From Hyphomicrobiales bacterium (GTDB lineage: Bacteria > Pseudomonadota > Alphaproteobacteria > Rhizobiales > TMED25), in assembly GCA_049602435.1 (NCBI GenBank), contig JBMYRO010000002.1, forward strand, positions 35,370 to 99,369: a stretch of 64,000 nucleotides of DNA, in the 5' to 3' direction. Below are positions 21,845-31,737 of the stretch, piece by piece. Position numbers and translations under genes: made by a program. The notes beneath the pieces were generated by a model. The model was not told where the DNA came from and ran no database searches. It saw only the letters and a list, made by a program, of their open reading frames with translations. Position 1 is the first letter of the stretch; the number at the start of each line of letters is the position of its first letter.

Positions 21845-22720
21845 CTAGATTAATCCAGCAAATTCCATAGCCTCTTTAACTGCTCTTTTTGTATCAGATG
21901 ATATATTCACAAGAGGAAGCCTGACAACATCATTACAAAAACCTAACAAACTTAAGGCATATTTCACAGGGCCAGGGCTAGTTTCAATAAAAAGTGCTTT
22001 ATGTAAAGGTGTTAATTTATCCTGTAATTCAAGAGCATTATCATAGTCTTTCATCAAACAAGCTTTCTGAAAGTCAGCGCATAATTTAGGCGCAACATTT
22101 GATGTAACTGAAATGCATCCATGCCCCCCATGAGCCATCAATGCTAAAGCTGTCATATCTTCACCTGATAATTGAATAAAATCTTTGCCTATTGCATGCC
22201 TTTGGAGACTTGTCCGAGATAAATCTGCTGTAGCATCCTTTACTCCTACTATATTTTTTAACTTTGATAGTCTTGTCATTGTTTCTATGGACATATCTAC
22301 AATGCATCTACCGGGAATGTTGTAAATTAGTAATGGAATATTTGAAACATCATTCAAGACCTTAAAATGTTGATACATACCTTCTTGGGTTGGTTTGTTG
22401 TAATACGGAGTAACTATCAGACCTGCATCAGCTCCAACAGATGAAGCATGTTCTAAAAAGTCTATGGCTTCCTCTGTATTGTTTGATCCTGCACCAGCGA
22501 TTACAGGCACTCTTTTTTTTACAACTTCAACGCATAATTCTACAACTCGTTTGTGTTCATCATGCGATAATGTTGGAGATTCACCTGTCGTACCAACAGG
22601 AACAAAACCATTTGTCCCATTTTCAATTTGCCAATTAATGTGCTTAACAAAGCTATCTTCATCTAAAGAGCCATCTTGATTGAAGGGTGTCACTAAAGCT
22701 GTAATTGATCCACTAAACAT
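21845..22720 (-). CDS. dapA: 4-hydroxy-tetrahydrodipicolinate synthase
   Basis: 291 aa. G...[22 protein letters not shown] and the active-site Lys context VGVKDA. Confidence 0.93.
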   Translation of the reverse strand: MFSGSITALVTPFNQDGSLDEDSFVKHINWQIENGTNGFVPVGTTGESPTLSHDEHKRVVELCVEVVKKRVPVIAGAGSNNTEEAIDFLEHASSVGADAGLIVTPYYNKPTQEGMYQHFKVLNDVSNIPLLIYNIPGRCIVDMSIETMTRLSKLKNIVGVKDATADLSRTSLQRHAIGKDFIQLSGEDMTALALMAHGGHGCISVTSNVAPKLCADFQKACLMKDYDNALELQDKLTPLHKALFIETSPGPVKYALSLLGFCNDVVRLPLVNISSDTKRAVKEAMEFAGLI

Positions 22721-22785
22721 TTTTTTTCCATTATTTTTGGTTAGTTATATAATAATATTATTATACAATTTATGAATATAAATCA

Positions 22786-24918
22786 ATGATATCAGTAACA
22801 ACAAAATTATCTCTCTCACTTAGAATAAGTAATAATGTTACAGGAACACTACTGATTATCTTTTCTTTATTTATATCATTAACGATTAATAAAACACATG
22901 CTCAAACTCACTCTGTAATACCAATAGCAAAGCCTTCTTTGATAGAATTAATAGGAGAAAAATTTTATTCCCCGCTTGAAAAAAATAAAAAACTAGAAAC
23001 ATTTGGAGTTGAGACGGAAGAATATCTTCACTTTTATGAATTTTTCAAAGAAATTGATAATAACAACCCAGACTCTGAACTTTTGTTCAATTTAAAAAAT
23101 AAGTATGTAACCGATAAGAATAAAATTACGCATAAAATTATTGAATGGTATGTCTTACGATCCCCCTACACATCACCAAATATTGTTGAGATGTATGATT
23201 TCATGAATAAAAATCAAGATTGGCCAGACATTGATATAATCCAAAAAAAAATTGAAAAATATCTTATTTTGAATGACTTAGAAACAGATTTTGTTGCGCG
23301 TTACTTTGAAATGCACCCTCCAATTAGCGGAGATGGATTTATTGCTAAATCAATTAACGACTTCAAAATTAGGAAATACAATAGTGCAAAAGAGTCTTAC
23401 AAAACTGCATGGCATAAAATGAGGATTAGTAAAGAAGCAAAGGATAAATTTATTCAATATTGCAGCTTGTGTATATCAAAAAAAGATTTAGAAATAAGAT
23501 TTGATAGAATGATATATCTTGATGCCTTTGATGAACTATTTGATGTTGCAGTAATGCTGGATGAAAATTTTCTGCAACTAGCTAATATTGCTAATAAGAT
23601 CAAATTAGGTGAGCATATTGCAAGAAGTGATTTTAATAAAATAGAAGACATTTTAGAAAACAACTCATCATATCATTATTTAAGAATCAAATGGCTGATT
23701 GAAAAAAAATATTACAATGAAGCTTATGATCATCTAAATAAGTATAAAAATACATTAAATATCAGTAATCCTATCCTGTGGGCTGTCCAATCCGAATATC
23801 TTGGTAGAAAATTGATCTCTGAACAAAGATATAGAGAAGCATATGAGGTGATGACTTTGAATGTAGAAGTCGAAAATGAGATTTTTGCAAATTTAGAATT
23901 CTTAAAAGGCTGGCTTTCTCTAAAAAAATTTAATGATCCAAATAGAGCTATAAAACATTTTAATAATCAGTTGAAGCTTACAAATCTTGACGAGAATATT
24001 GCACAAGCAAATTTTTGGATTGCTATGAGCTATATTAAATCTGAGGAAACTGAGTTAGCCCAAAATTTTTTACAAACATCAGCTAGTTACATAAATAGCT
24101 TTTATGGTTTGCTAGCAGCCTCCTATACTCGAGATAACGCTAGATTCAATATAAAAGTTAGTAATTTCTCTTATGAGGAGAATGAGGATATTGATAAAGA
24201 TCTAATTGTTGCTATTAATATTCTCGGTGCAGTGGATAGAAAATACCTTGCTGCAAAATTCATTGATAATATCTACAACCTTTATCCAGAAACGATAAAT
24301 CCTAATACATTATCAAATATAGCGAATAACGCACACTTAACTCAATCAGCAATTAGATTATCAAAAAAATTTGGAATAAATAAAATAAATTTAGAACATT
24401 TATATCCGACTAATGACTTTCCTCTCAATATAAATGAGAAGAATAAACTCTTTAGTATCAATAATCTAATTCACGCAATCATCCACCAGGAAAGTGAGTT
24501 TGCATCTGAAGCAATAAGTTATTCTGGAGCGATGGGCATGATGCAAATCATGCCTAATACAGCAAAAATGTTATCAAGATTAGAAAAAATTGAATTTGAG
24601 GAAGATAGATTATCACGTGACTCATCCTATAATGTTATACTTGGAAGTAGATATATTTCTGATCTAATTAATGAATTTGATGGATCATATGTTTACGCAA
24701 TAAGCTCATATAATGCTGGTCCTACCAGAGTAAGGTCATGGATTAGGTCAAATAGAGAAATCGAAATACTTGATTGGATTGAACTTATTCCCTTCAGAGA
24801 AACCAGAAATTACGTAAAAAGTGTTTTAAGAAATGCACAATATTACAAAATATTGTTGTATGAAAATAATATTAACTCTAATATCCTTTATGATCTAAAC
24901 AGGGGCACTGTTAATTAA
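22786..24918 (+). CDS. slt: soluble lytic murein transglycosylase (Slt70-like)
   Basis: 710 aa. Signal peptide, a long helical superhelix region and a C-terminal SLT domain with HAIIHQESEF (catalytic Glu), GAMGMMQIMP and YNAGP. Confidence 0.85.
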   Translation: MISVTTKLSLSLRISNNVTGTLLIIFSLFISLTINKTHAQTHSVIPIAKPSLIELIGEKFYSPLEKNKKLETFGVETEEYLHFYEFFKEIDNNNPDSELLFNLKNKYVTDKNKITHKIIEWYVLRSPYTSPNIVEMYDFMNKNQDWPDIDIIQKKIEKYLILNDLETDFVARYFEMHPPISGDGFIAKSINDFKIRKYNSAKESYKTAWHKMRISKEAKDKFIQYCSLCISKKDLEIRFDRMIYLDAFDELFDVAVMLDENFLQLANIANKIKLGEHIARSDFNKIEDILENNSSYHYLRIKWLIEKKYYNEAYDHLNKYKNTLNISNPILWAVQSEYLGRKLISEQRYREAYEVMTLNVEVENEIFANLEFLKGWLSLKKFNDPNRAIKHFNNQLKLTNLDENIAQANFWIAMSYIKSEETELAQNFLQTSASYINSFYGLLAASYTRDNARFNIKVSNFSYEENEDIDKDLIVAINILGAVDRKYLAAKFIDNIYNLYPETINPNTLSNIANNAHLTQSAIRLSKKFGINKINLEHLYPTNDFPLNINEKNKLFSINNLIHAIIHQESEFASEAISYSGAMGMMQIMPNTAKMLSRLEKIEFEEDRLSRDSSYNVILGSRYISDLINEFDGSYVYAISSYNAGPTRVRSWIRSNREIEILDWIELIPFRETRNYVKSVLRNAQYYKILLYENNINSNILYDLNRGTVN

Positions 24919-24930
24919 GATTATCATTAT

Positions 24931-25020
24931 GGAGAGGTGGCCGAGTGGCTGAAGGCGCTCCCCTGCTAAGGGAGTATACGAGAGATCGTATCGTGGGTTC
25001 GAATCCCACTCTCTCCGCCA
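24931..25020 (+). tRNA. tRNA-Ser, anticodon GCU
   Basis: Hand-folded cloverleaf. Acceptor GGAGAGG/TCTCTCC (one G.U) plus G and an encoded CCA. Anticodon stem CTCCC/GGGAG with loop CTGCTAA. Long variable arm TATACGAGAGATCGTATC. T arm GTGGG-TTCGAAT-CCCAC. Confidence 0.93.
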
Positions 25021-25046
25021 ATACTAAATAAACATTCTGTTATCAA

Positions 25047-26276
25047 ATGAACAAAAATGAACTATTAAAAAGTAAAAACTTTTTGTCTTATTTAACCATA
25101 AGATGGTTCAATACACTAGCCATCCAAACAATTACCCTAACTGTCGGTTGGCAGATTTATGAGTTAACCAGAAACCCATTGGATTTAGGTTTAATTGGCT
25201 TAGCTCAATTTATACCAATCTTTATTTTTATTTTACCATCTGGGGTAGTAGCGGACAAATTCGATAGAAAAATAGTCATCGCAATTTGTAACATAATACA
25301 TTTAGCTGTATGTTTTTTTCTCTTATTTTATTCACTTTCTGGACCAACAAGTATTGTGCCGATACTTTTGGTATTACTAATTCATGGAACAGCCAGAGCT
25401 ATGTACCAACCAAGTTTGTCAGCAATATTGCCAAATATAGTTGAGAAAAAACTCTTCCCTAATGCGACTGCTTATAATTCATCTGTTTCAAAGCTCGGGC
25501 ATTTAATTGGACCACTGATTGCTGGCATAATTATTTCATTATTTAATATCTGGGTATACTTATTTGCAATTGTTTGCTTCTCGATCTCAACTATTGCGAC
25601 CTTCTTCCTTAATAACCCAAAGAATCCAGATAATCTAAAAGCGATATCTTTTGCTACTGTTGTTAGTGGATTTGTTTACGTTTGGAAAACAAAATTAGTT
25701 CTGGGAACGATGACTATTGATTTGTTTGCAGTTCTTTTTGGTGGGATAATGGGAATGTTACCTGTGTTTGCAATCGATATATTAAAAATTGGACCTGAAG
25801 GACTTGGTTTATTGAGATCCATGCCGGCTGTAGGAGGAGTCTTAACTGGTATCATTCTAACCCAGATTCCACCTGTAAAAAATGCAGGCAAATATCTCAT
25901 AATATCAACAATCGTATTTGGATTTTCTACGGCCATATTTGCTTTATCAAATATCTTATGGTTATCACTAATTATGCTCTTTATATACGGAGCTGCTGAT
26001 ATGGTAAGTGTTTACATAAGACAGACAATTATACCTATAATTACTCCAGATAACATGAGAGGTAGAGTAGGCTCTGTTCATTCTATTGCGACTAATACTT
26101 CTAATGAGATCGGTGATTTTCGTGCAGGCGTTACTGCTAGTTTCATTGGTATTGTTCCATCAGTATTTATCGGCGGCACTATCACTATTGCAATTAGTTT
26201 GTTGTGGTCAGTCTTATTTCCTCAACTAAAAAAGGTAAATAGGATGGAAGATTTAAGAAGTAATGATGAGCAATAG
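25047..26276 (+). CDS. MFS transporter
   Basis: 409 aa with about 12 predicted hydrophobic helices and the MFS loop motif G..ADKFDRK between TM2 and TM3. The substrate is unknown. Confidence 0.8.
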   Translation: MNKNELLKSKNFLSYLTIRWFNTLAIQTITLTVGWQIYELTRNPLDLGLIGLAQFIPIFIFILPSGVVADKFDRKIVIAICNIIHLAVCFFLLFYSLSGPTSIVPILLVLLIHGTARAMYQPSLSAILPNIVEKKLFPNATAYNSSVSKLGHLIGPLIAGIIISLFNIWVYLFAIVCFSISTIATFFLNNPKNPDNLKAISFATVVSGFVYVWKTKLVLGTMTIDLFAVLFGGIMGMLPVFAIDILKIGPEGLGLLRSMPAVGGVLTGIILTQIPPVKNAGKYLIISTIVFGFSTAIFALSNILWLSLIMLFIYGAADMVSVYIRQTIIPIITPDNMRGRVGSVHSIATNTSNEIGDFRAGVTASFIGIVPSVFIGGTITIAISLLWSVLFPQLKKVNRMEDLRSNDEQ

Positions 26277-26278
26277 TA

Positions 26279-27274
26279 TCAATCAATTTTTAAAACATCT
26301 TCAAGCTTTATTATAAATTCTTCTTTATAATTTTCATCTAAATAAAACTCGTAACCAATATTCTTCATTTGCTCAGGATGATCAGTGTCCACAATTGAAA
26401 CCCAGGCCCCTGGAGAATTCAAATCATTATTTAACTCAATATTTATAAAGTTGCCATCAACCGTTAAAATTTCAACTACTGTATCAGGATCTTCAATGTA
26501 TCTCTGAGCCTCGCGCATATCTCTAAAATCAACCTTTAGAAACCTTCTCATAACACTTCTTAGTCCAATTGATGTCCGAGTCTCAACTCCTTCAAGGAAA
26601 TCAATCATCATAAATTTGTTATTATCAAGGGGGTCACGTCCAAATTTTAAGACTTTTCTATTGCCACGAGTTACTGTCATTGAACTTATATCGTCAGGTA
26701 TAAATTCAAGTAGTCTTGTGCTGATCCAATTCTTAATTCCATCTGACGCATTTAAATTACCTGACACTAACCAACTCTTGTAACCATCAGTTTCTCTTAA
26801 ATACACCCCAAATTCTCCTCTTTTTAGAAGATTAGGCTTTCTTTTCCCAATTACAGCAGAGGCGATAATAGTATCATCATTATACAATTCCATTAGGTAA
26901 GATTTAGATCCAGGTTCAAAAGGATCTTCTAAATGTAATTTTTTTAGTAAAGAATCTCTTTCTGTCTTGGGCTCAATTTTTATTGCGTTGGATAGTGCGA
27001 AGAGATTGGTTTTAACCTTGTTATTATCTGCTGGATAATCATCTTTGTTTTTTAGCAACCATATATCGTCTTCTCTCACAATTTCAAAAACATTATCTGA
27101 TTGAGATAATTTGATTTTATCAACATCATTTATTTTTTGATTAAGTCCTGGAAAATAATACTGTCCATAGGACGATTTATCATTCCAATTAGAGCTATTT
27201 ATGCCAGTAAGGACAACAAAGGTTGAGATAATTATTGCTAAAAGTAATAGTAAGAGAGAGATATTTCGAGACAT
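26279..27274 (-). CDS. DUF4340-like anchored periplasmic protein, last gene of the GldA/F/G-like ABC operon
   Basis: 331 aa with a single N-terminal TM (LLLLLLAIIISTFVVL). It starts 0 nt after the GldG-like gene. In my recollection a protein of this size and position after GldG homologues is the DUF4340 family. This is not verified by a search. Confidence 0.6.
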   Translation of the reverse strand: MSRNISLLLLLLAIIISTFVVLTGINSSNWNDKSSYGQYYFPGLNQKINDVDKIKLSQSDNVFEIVREDDIWLLKNKDDYPADNNKVKTNLFALSNAIKIEPKTERDSLLKKLHLEDPFEPGSKSYLMELYNDDTIIASAVIGKRKPNLLKRGEFGVYLRETDGYKSWLVSGNLNASDGIKNWISTRLLEFIPDDISSMTVTRGNRKVLKFGRDPLDNNKFMMIDFLEGVETRTSIGLRSVMRRFLKVDFRDMREAQRYIEDPDTVVEILTVDGNFINIELNNDLNSPGAWVSIVDTDHPEQMKNIGYEFYLDENYKEEFIIKLEDVLKID

Positions 27275-29149
27275 TTAGGATTCCCCTCTCACTTTTGATC
27301 TTGTTATTTTATATTTTCTTAAAAGCCAAAATAATATCCCGAATGTGATAAATATAGCTGGTATACCCGCTATATTACTTATTTTGATTGTATTATTTAA
27401 AGATTCGAGTTCTTGAGCAAGTTCCAATTTAATATTCCTTAACTCAACTTGAACATTTTGTGCTTTTTCTCTAAAATCATTAAAAGCATCCAAATCTTCT
27501 TGCCCTAACATTACTGAACCGCCAGCTTTTTGCTCCAACTCTCTCATTCTATTCTGAAGAGCACTCATTTCATTTGCTAATGAACGTTCTTTTTCTCTGA
27601 AGATTCTCTCTGACTCTAATTCTAGATTATTTATTAGTGTAAAAGGTCTGTCCATCACACCTCTAGCTCGAAGTGAAGCTAATGTAGATGCATCACTTAA
27701 GTTTTCTAGAGAATTCACGACAAATGCAGCATTGTTTGCAAATGGTGTTAGAAGTTCTTCTGCAAAATACTCTTTGACGTTCACCCAAAACTGATCCTCC
27801 ATAAAATCAACATCAGCTACAATAATCGCGTTAACATTGCCAGTCTCTATGTGCTGATCAAGGTTGAAGCTTGATATGTTATCAACTTCTAAGTTCTCTA
27901 GAACAGAGCTAACTTCACCTTTAATTCTTACTGAGAGATTGTAATTATTATTTGATGCTTCAAAATCACGTAATAATTTATTTAGATCAGGATTATCCCT
28001 CACTTCTTCTTTGTTGATGATCATAGACTGTTCGCTTGTTGTAAACACACCTGAGACATCGGTATTCCCAATAGGAAGTTTTTCAATAATACCTGCTGTT
28101 GTCATATTAAGTAAATCAACTCCACTAACTATTGGATCACTTTGATTTATGTACTCTTTTGTAACTCCTAAAAGAGCAAGATAATTACTATAGACCCTAT
28201 CTCCTCTATCACCTACCTGAGCTGGTCTTGCAAGCTTGAGGTCGCCAGCAACTACATCTGGTATTATCCTTACACCCCATTTTTCTAAAAGATAATCAAA
28301 CCTTTTATCATATTGTATACCAGCTGCTACTGTAGTATTGGGGTCTAAAGCTATAAAAACACTACCCCCATTTAATACAAATTGGTCAATAGTATAAAGC
28401 GCTTGATCTGAAAAATTTAATGGCTGAACAATAAATAAGGCCTGAATATCAGTTGGTATACTCTTCAATCCATTTGGATCTTCATTGTAGTTTAACAAGG
28501 TAACAACATCAAAAAACTCATTGATTTGACCCATCACTTTCCAGGGCTGAACTGCTCCACCTTGCGCATCTAGTACCCCATCAATACCCAAACCAGTGAT
28601 AAAACCTATCTTTGGTTTATTTTCTCTCGCAAGTGAAAAAATCCTGGAAGTTAGATCGTACTCGAGAAACTCTTCCCTCTCAATATCCATAAACGGGATT
28701 ACCTCAACATCATCTGCCCTATTGTAAGCTCTAATCCCAAAATAACCATATTCTCCTGACTCATTAAGAGGGATGCCTCTTATATTGTCAGCCAATGCTT
28801 GCTCTTCAATCTCAGTGAAGGGCTCAGGATTGTATAATGATACGATTATTTTATCATCAGATATCTCCTGATATCTTTTCAACATAGTTTTTATTCGATC
28901 TGCAAAAAGTTTGAATGGTGGATAATTTTCGCCTAATCTGTCAGTAAAATAAAATTTTATTGTTATTGGCTCATCAATTGATTTTAGTGTTTCGATAGTT
29001 CCATTGGAAATAGTGTACATCTTTTCTTCTGTTAAATCCAAACGTTGTGAATTTAGATAAGTGTTAACTAAAGTGTTTATACCTATCATGATAATGACTG
29101 CACTAAAAATCCCTATCCAAGTAAATATTTGTGAGTTTTTATTAATCAT
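27275..29149 (-). CDS. GldG-like auxiliary component of an ABC-2 type transport system
   Basis: 624 aa. N-terminal TM, a large extracytoplasmic domain, a coiled-coil (ERSLANEMSALQNRMRELEQK...) and a C-terminal TM, matching GldG architecture. It follows the ABC-2 permease and ATPase genes. Confidence 0.7.
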   Translation of the reverse strand: MINKNSQIFTWIGIFSAVIIMIGINTLVNTYLNSQRLDLTEEKMYTISNGTIETLKSIDEPITIKFYFTDRLGENYPPFKLFADRIKTMLKRYQEISDDKIIVSLYNPEPFTEIEEQALADNIRGIPLNESGEYGYFGIRAYNRADDVEVIPFMDIEREEFLEYDLTSRIFSLARENKPKIGFITGLGIDGVLDAQGGAVQPWKVMGQINEFFDVVTLLNYNEDPNGLKSIPTDIQALFIVQPLNFSDQALYTIDQFVLNGGSVFIALDPNTTVAAGIQYDKRFDYLLEKWGVRIIPDVVAGDLKLARPAQVGDRGDRVYSNYLALLGVTKEYINQSDPIVSGVDLLNMTTAGIIEKLPIGNTDVSGVFTTSEQSMIINKEEVRDNPDLNKLLRDFEASNNNYNLSVRIKGEVSSVLENLEVDNISSFNLDQHIETGNVNAIIVADVDFMEDQFWVNVKEYFAEELLTPFANNAAFVVNSLENLSDASTLASLRARGVMDRPFTLINNLELESERIFREKERSLANEMSALQNRMRELEQKAGGSVMLGQEDLDAFNDFREKAQNVQVELRNIKLELAQELESLNNTIKISNIAGIPAIFITFGILFWLLRKYKITRSKVRGES

Positions 29150-29158
29150 TTCAGTTGT

Positions 29159-29896
29159 CTATGCCGCTTTCTTAATATTGATTATAATTATGTTTATAAA
29201 TAACCAGAAGATGATTGATGAACCGTAAAACATTAAACTTCTAAGATCGATTACTCCCTTTACGAACTCATAAAAGTGATCTAGCGAACTCATTGAGCTA
29301 AAGATCGATAAGATATATTCAGGTACAAATCCTTCTATTGCCTTGGTCACTGCTTCAACACCACTCATAACAAACAGAAAACAGGCTGCTGTACTTATTA
29401 CAAATGCAATTACTTGATTTTTTGTCATCGCAGATAGAGCAGAGCCAATAGCCAAAAACTGCCCAGCCAAAAGCCAACTTCCAAAATAACTTGCTAGAAT
29501 GACACCATTGTCAGGGCTGCCTAGTATATTTACAGTTAACCACATTGGAAATGTTAGAACGAGAGCAATTGCAATCATAAACCATGCAGCTAGGTATTTT
29601 CCTAATACAGCTTCGAATGTTGTTATGGGTAAGGTCATTAATAACTCAATAGATCCGGTTTTCCTTTCCTCTGCCCACAATCTCATTGAAATTGAAGGCA
29701 CCAACAATACCAATAGCCAGGGATGACTCTCAAAAAACGGGAAGAGGTCTGCTTGCCCTCTTTCTAAAAATGCCCCAAGATAAAATGTAAATGCAGCAGT
29801 AAGGCCACAAAAAATTGATATAAATATGTATGCAAGTGGAGTTGAGAAATAACCTTTTGTCTCACGTTTTAGAATTATATATATATTTCCAAGCAT
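29159..29896 (-). CDS. ABC-2 family transporter permease (GldF-like)
   Basis: 245 aa with six hydrophobic helices and EERK.GSIELLMTLP, typical of ABC-2 and GldF-like permeases. Confidence 0.75.
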   Translation of the reverse strand: MLGNIYIILKRETKGYFSTPLAYIFISIFCGLTAAFTFYLGAFLERGQADLFPFFESHPWLLVLLVPSISMRLWAEERKTGSIELLMTLPITTFEAVLGKYLAAWFMIAIALVLTFPMWLTVNILGSPDNGVILASYFGSWLLAGQFLAIGSALSAMTKNQVIAFVISTAACFLFVMSGVEAVTKAIEGFVPEYILSIFSSMSSLDHFYEFVKGVIDLRSLMFYGSSIIFWLFINIIIINIKKAA

Positions 29897-29906
29897 ATTT
29901 TTTATC

Positions 29907-30845
29907 CTAAACCGTTAGTTTCCTGAAAGCTTCATCAAGAGCAATATGGTTTTGATGAATATCATTTATTGGAAACTTACTATCAGCAATAATCTTTGCT
30001 ATTTCTGTTAGAATTATTCTATTTTCTTTTGGGTAAATATGGACATTAATATTATTTTCAGTTTCATTAACAGTTTCTATTTTACTTACACCAGAAATAG
30101 TCAGCAGTAATCTTTTTAAATTTTCAAGATCGTTTGGGTGAACCTTAATTAGAACTGAATTATGGCTTTCTACTTTTGACCTTAATTCTGAGGCTGATCC
30201 ATCAAGAACAATATTACCTTTGTTGATTAAAAGAACACCCGAGCAAACTGCATCCACTTCTTCAAGTATATGCGTTGAAACTATAATTGCGGTTGTCCTA
30301 GAAATCTCAGTAATGAGCTCCCGCACATGATGCTTTTGGTTTGGGTCTAAACCATCAGTTGGTTCATCTAGAATTAAAATTTTTGGGTCATGCAAGATTG
30401 CCTGTGATAGACCCACTCTTCTCTTATATCCTTTGGATAATGTATCAATTTGTTGATGAAGAACATGCTTTATACGAGCTCTCTCAACTGCTTTGTCTAT
30501 TTGAAGAGATCTTTGTTTACCAAAATAACCTCTAATATCTGCTATAAAATTCAAAAAACCAATTGTTGTCATTTCACCATACGCTGGTGCCCCTTCAGGT
30601 AAGTATCCTATTAGTTTTTTGGCTTCCTTTGGATTCTTTTCGATATCAATACCGCATATATTTGAGGAGCCAGAGTCAGGCTGTAAATAACCAGTGGCCA
30701 TTTTCATTGTTGTTGATTTTCCAGAGCCATTTGGTCCAATAAACCCTAATATCTGACCTACTTTGACATTCAAGGACACATCATTAACGGCCTTAAGATC
30801 ACCGAAAGTCTTGTGAAGGTTTGTAAGTACAATTTGATCAGTCAT
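29907..30845 (-). CDS. ABC transporter ATP-binding protein (GldA-like)
   Basis: 312 aa. Walker A GPNGSGKST, signature LSKGYKRRV, Walker B ILILDEPT, H-loop STHIL and a C-terminal regulatory extension. Confidence 0.88.
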   Translation of the reverse strand: MTDQIVLTNLHKTFGDLKAVNDVSLNVKVGQILGFIGPNGSGKSTTMKMATGYLQPDSGSSNICGIDIEKNPKEAKKLIGYLPEGAPAYGEMTTIGFLNFIADIRGYFGKQRSLQIDKAVERARIKHVLHQQIDTLSKGYKRRVGLSQAILHDPKILILDEPTDGLDPNQKHHVRELITEISRTTAIIVSTHILEEVDAVCSGVLLINKGNIVLDGSASELRSKVESHNSVLIKVHPNDLENLKRLLLTISGVSKIETVNETENNINVHIYPKENRIILTEIAKIIADSKFPINDIHQNHIALDEAFRKLTV

Positions 30846-30872
30846 GCTTTATACTCTTATACTCACTTAATA

Positions 30873-31664
30873 CTATTTTCCAGTAAAATTTGGTTTTCTC
30901 TTTTCCATAAATGCTTCGCGTCCTTCTTTGAAGTCATTACTATTAAAACATTGCTCTGATAACTGATCGAGTTTTTTTAGATCCCTGACCTCTGATCTTA
31001 AGATATGTTTTACTGTTTCTTTTGATGCCATTATTGTCAGTGGAGCGTTTATTGAAATTCTATTTGCCATGTCGATTACATATTGCTCTAACTTATCAAC
31101 TTCAACTATCTCATTGATCAATCCCATCTGGTGAGCTGTATTTGCATCTAGCATATCAGCGGTAAATAATATTCTCTTTGCGTTTGCAGGCCCTACCAAC
31201 TCAACAAGTTGTCGCAAATTATCAAAACCATACGCAAGCCCAAGTTTAGCTGCAGGAATAGCATATTTGGTATTATCAGCAGCGATTCTTATATCTGCGG
31301 CGATAGCTGTTGCCACTCCACCACCAACGCAATATCCTTCAATCATTGCAATTATAGGCTTACTAAAAGCATTCATTGCAGAAGTCATAACGTCGGTTGC
31401 TTTTGCATATAATTTTTCAGCTTCATAATTGTTTCTGACTTCTTTGAACTCAGAGATATCTGCCCCTGAGATAAATGCTTTACCACCATGTCCTTTTATA
31501 ATCAGCACCCTTATATCTGGATCTTTTTCATACTCAACAAAAACTTGAGTCATTGCCTCACGCATTTCTAATGAAATAGCGTTTCTTCTTTCCGGATTGT
31601 TAATTATCATCCATCCAATATTATTTTCTTTTTTTGAAATTATCTTGTTTGTTTTTAGTTCCAT
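30873..31664 (-). CDS. enoyl-CoA hydratase/isomerase (crotonase) family protein
   Basis: 263 aa. Crotonase oxyanion-hole and catalytic segments FISGADI and IAMIEGYCVGGG. It is immediately downstream of the CoA-transferase gene. Confidence 0.85.
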   Translation of the reverse strand: MELKTNKIISKKENNIGWMIINNPERRNAISLEMREAMTQVFVEYEKDPDIRVLIIKGHGGKAFISGADISEFKEVRNNYEAEKLYAKATDVMTSAMNAFSKPIIAMIEGYCVGGGVATAIAADIRIAADNTKYAIPAAKLGLAYGFDNLRQLVELVGPANAKRILFTADMLDANTAHQMGLINEIVEVDKLEQYVIDMANRISINAPLTIMASKETVKHILRSEVRDLKKLDQLSEQCFNSNDFKEGREAFMEKRKPNFTGK

Positions 31665-31737
31665 ATTTTCGTTTACCTTTAATTACCTCTCAAAAATTAG
31701 CTGTAATAATCTTGAGAAATATACACAATCTTTATTT

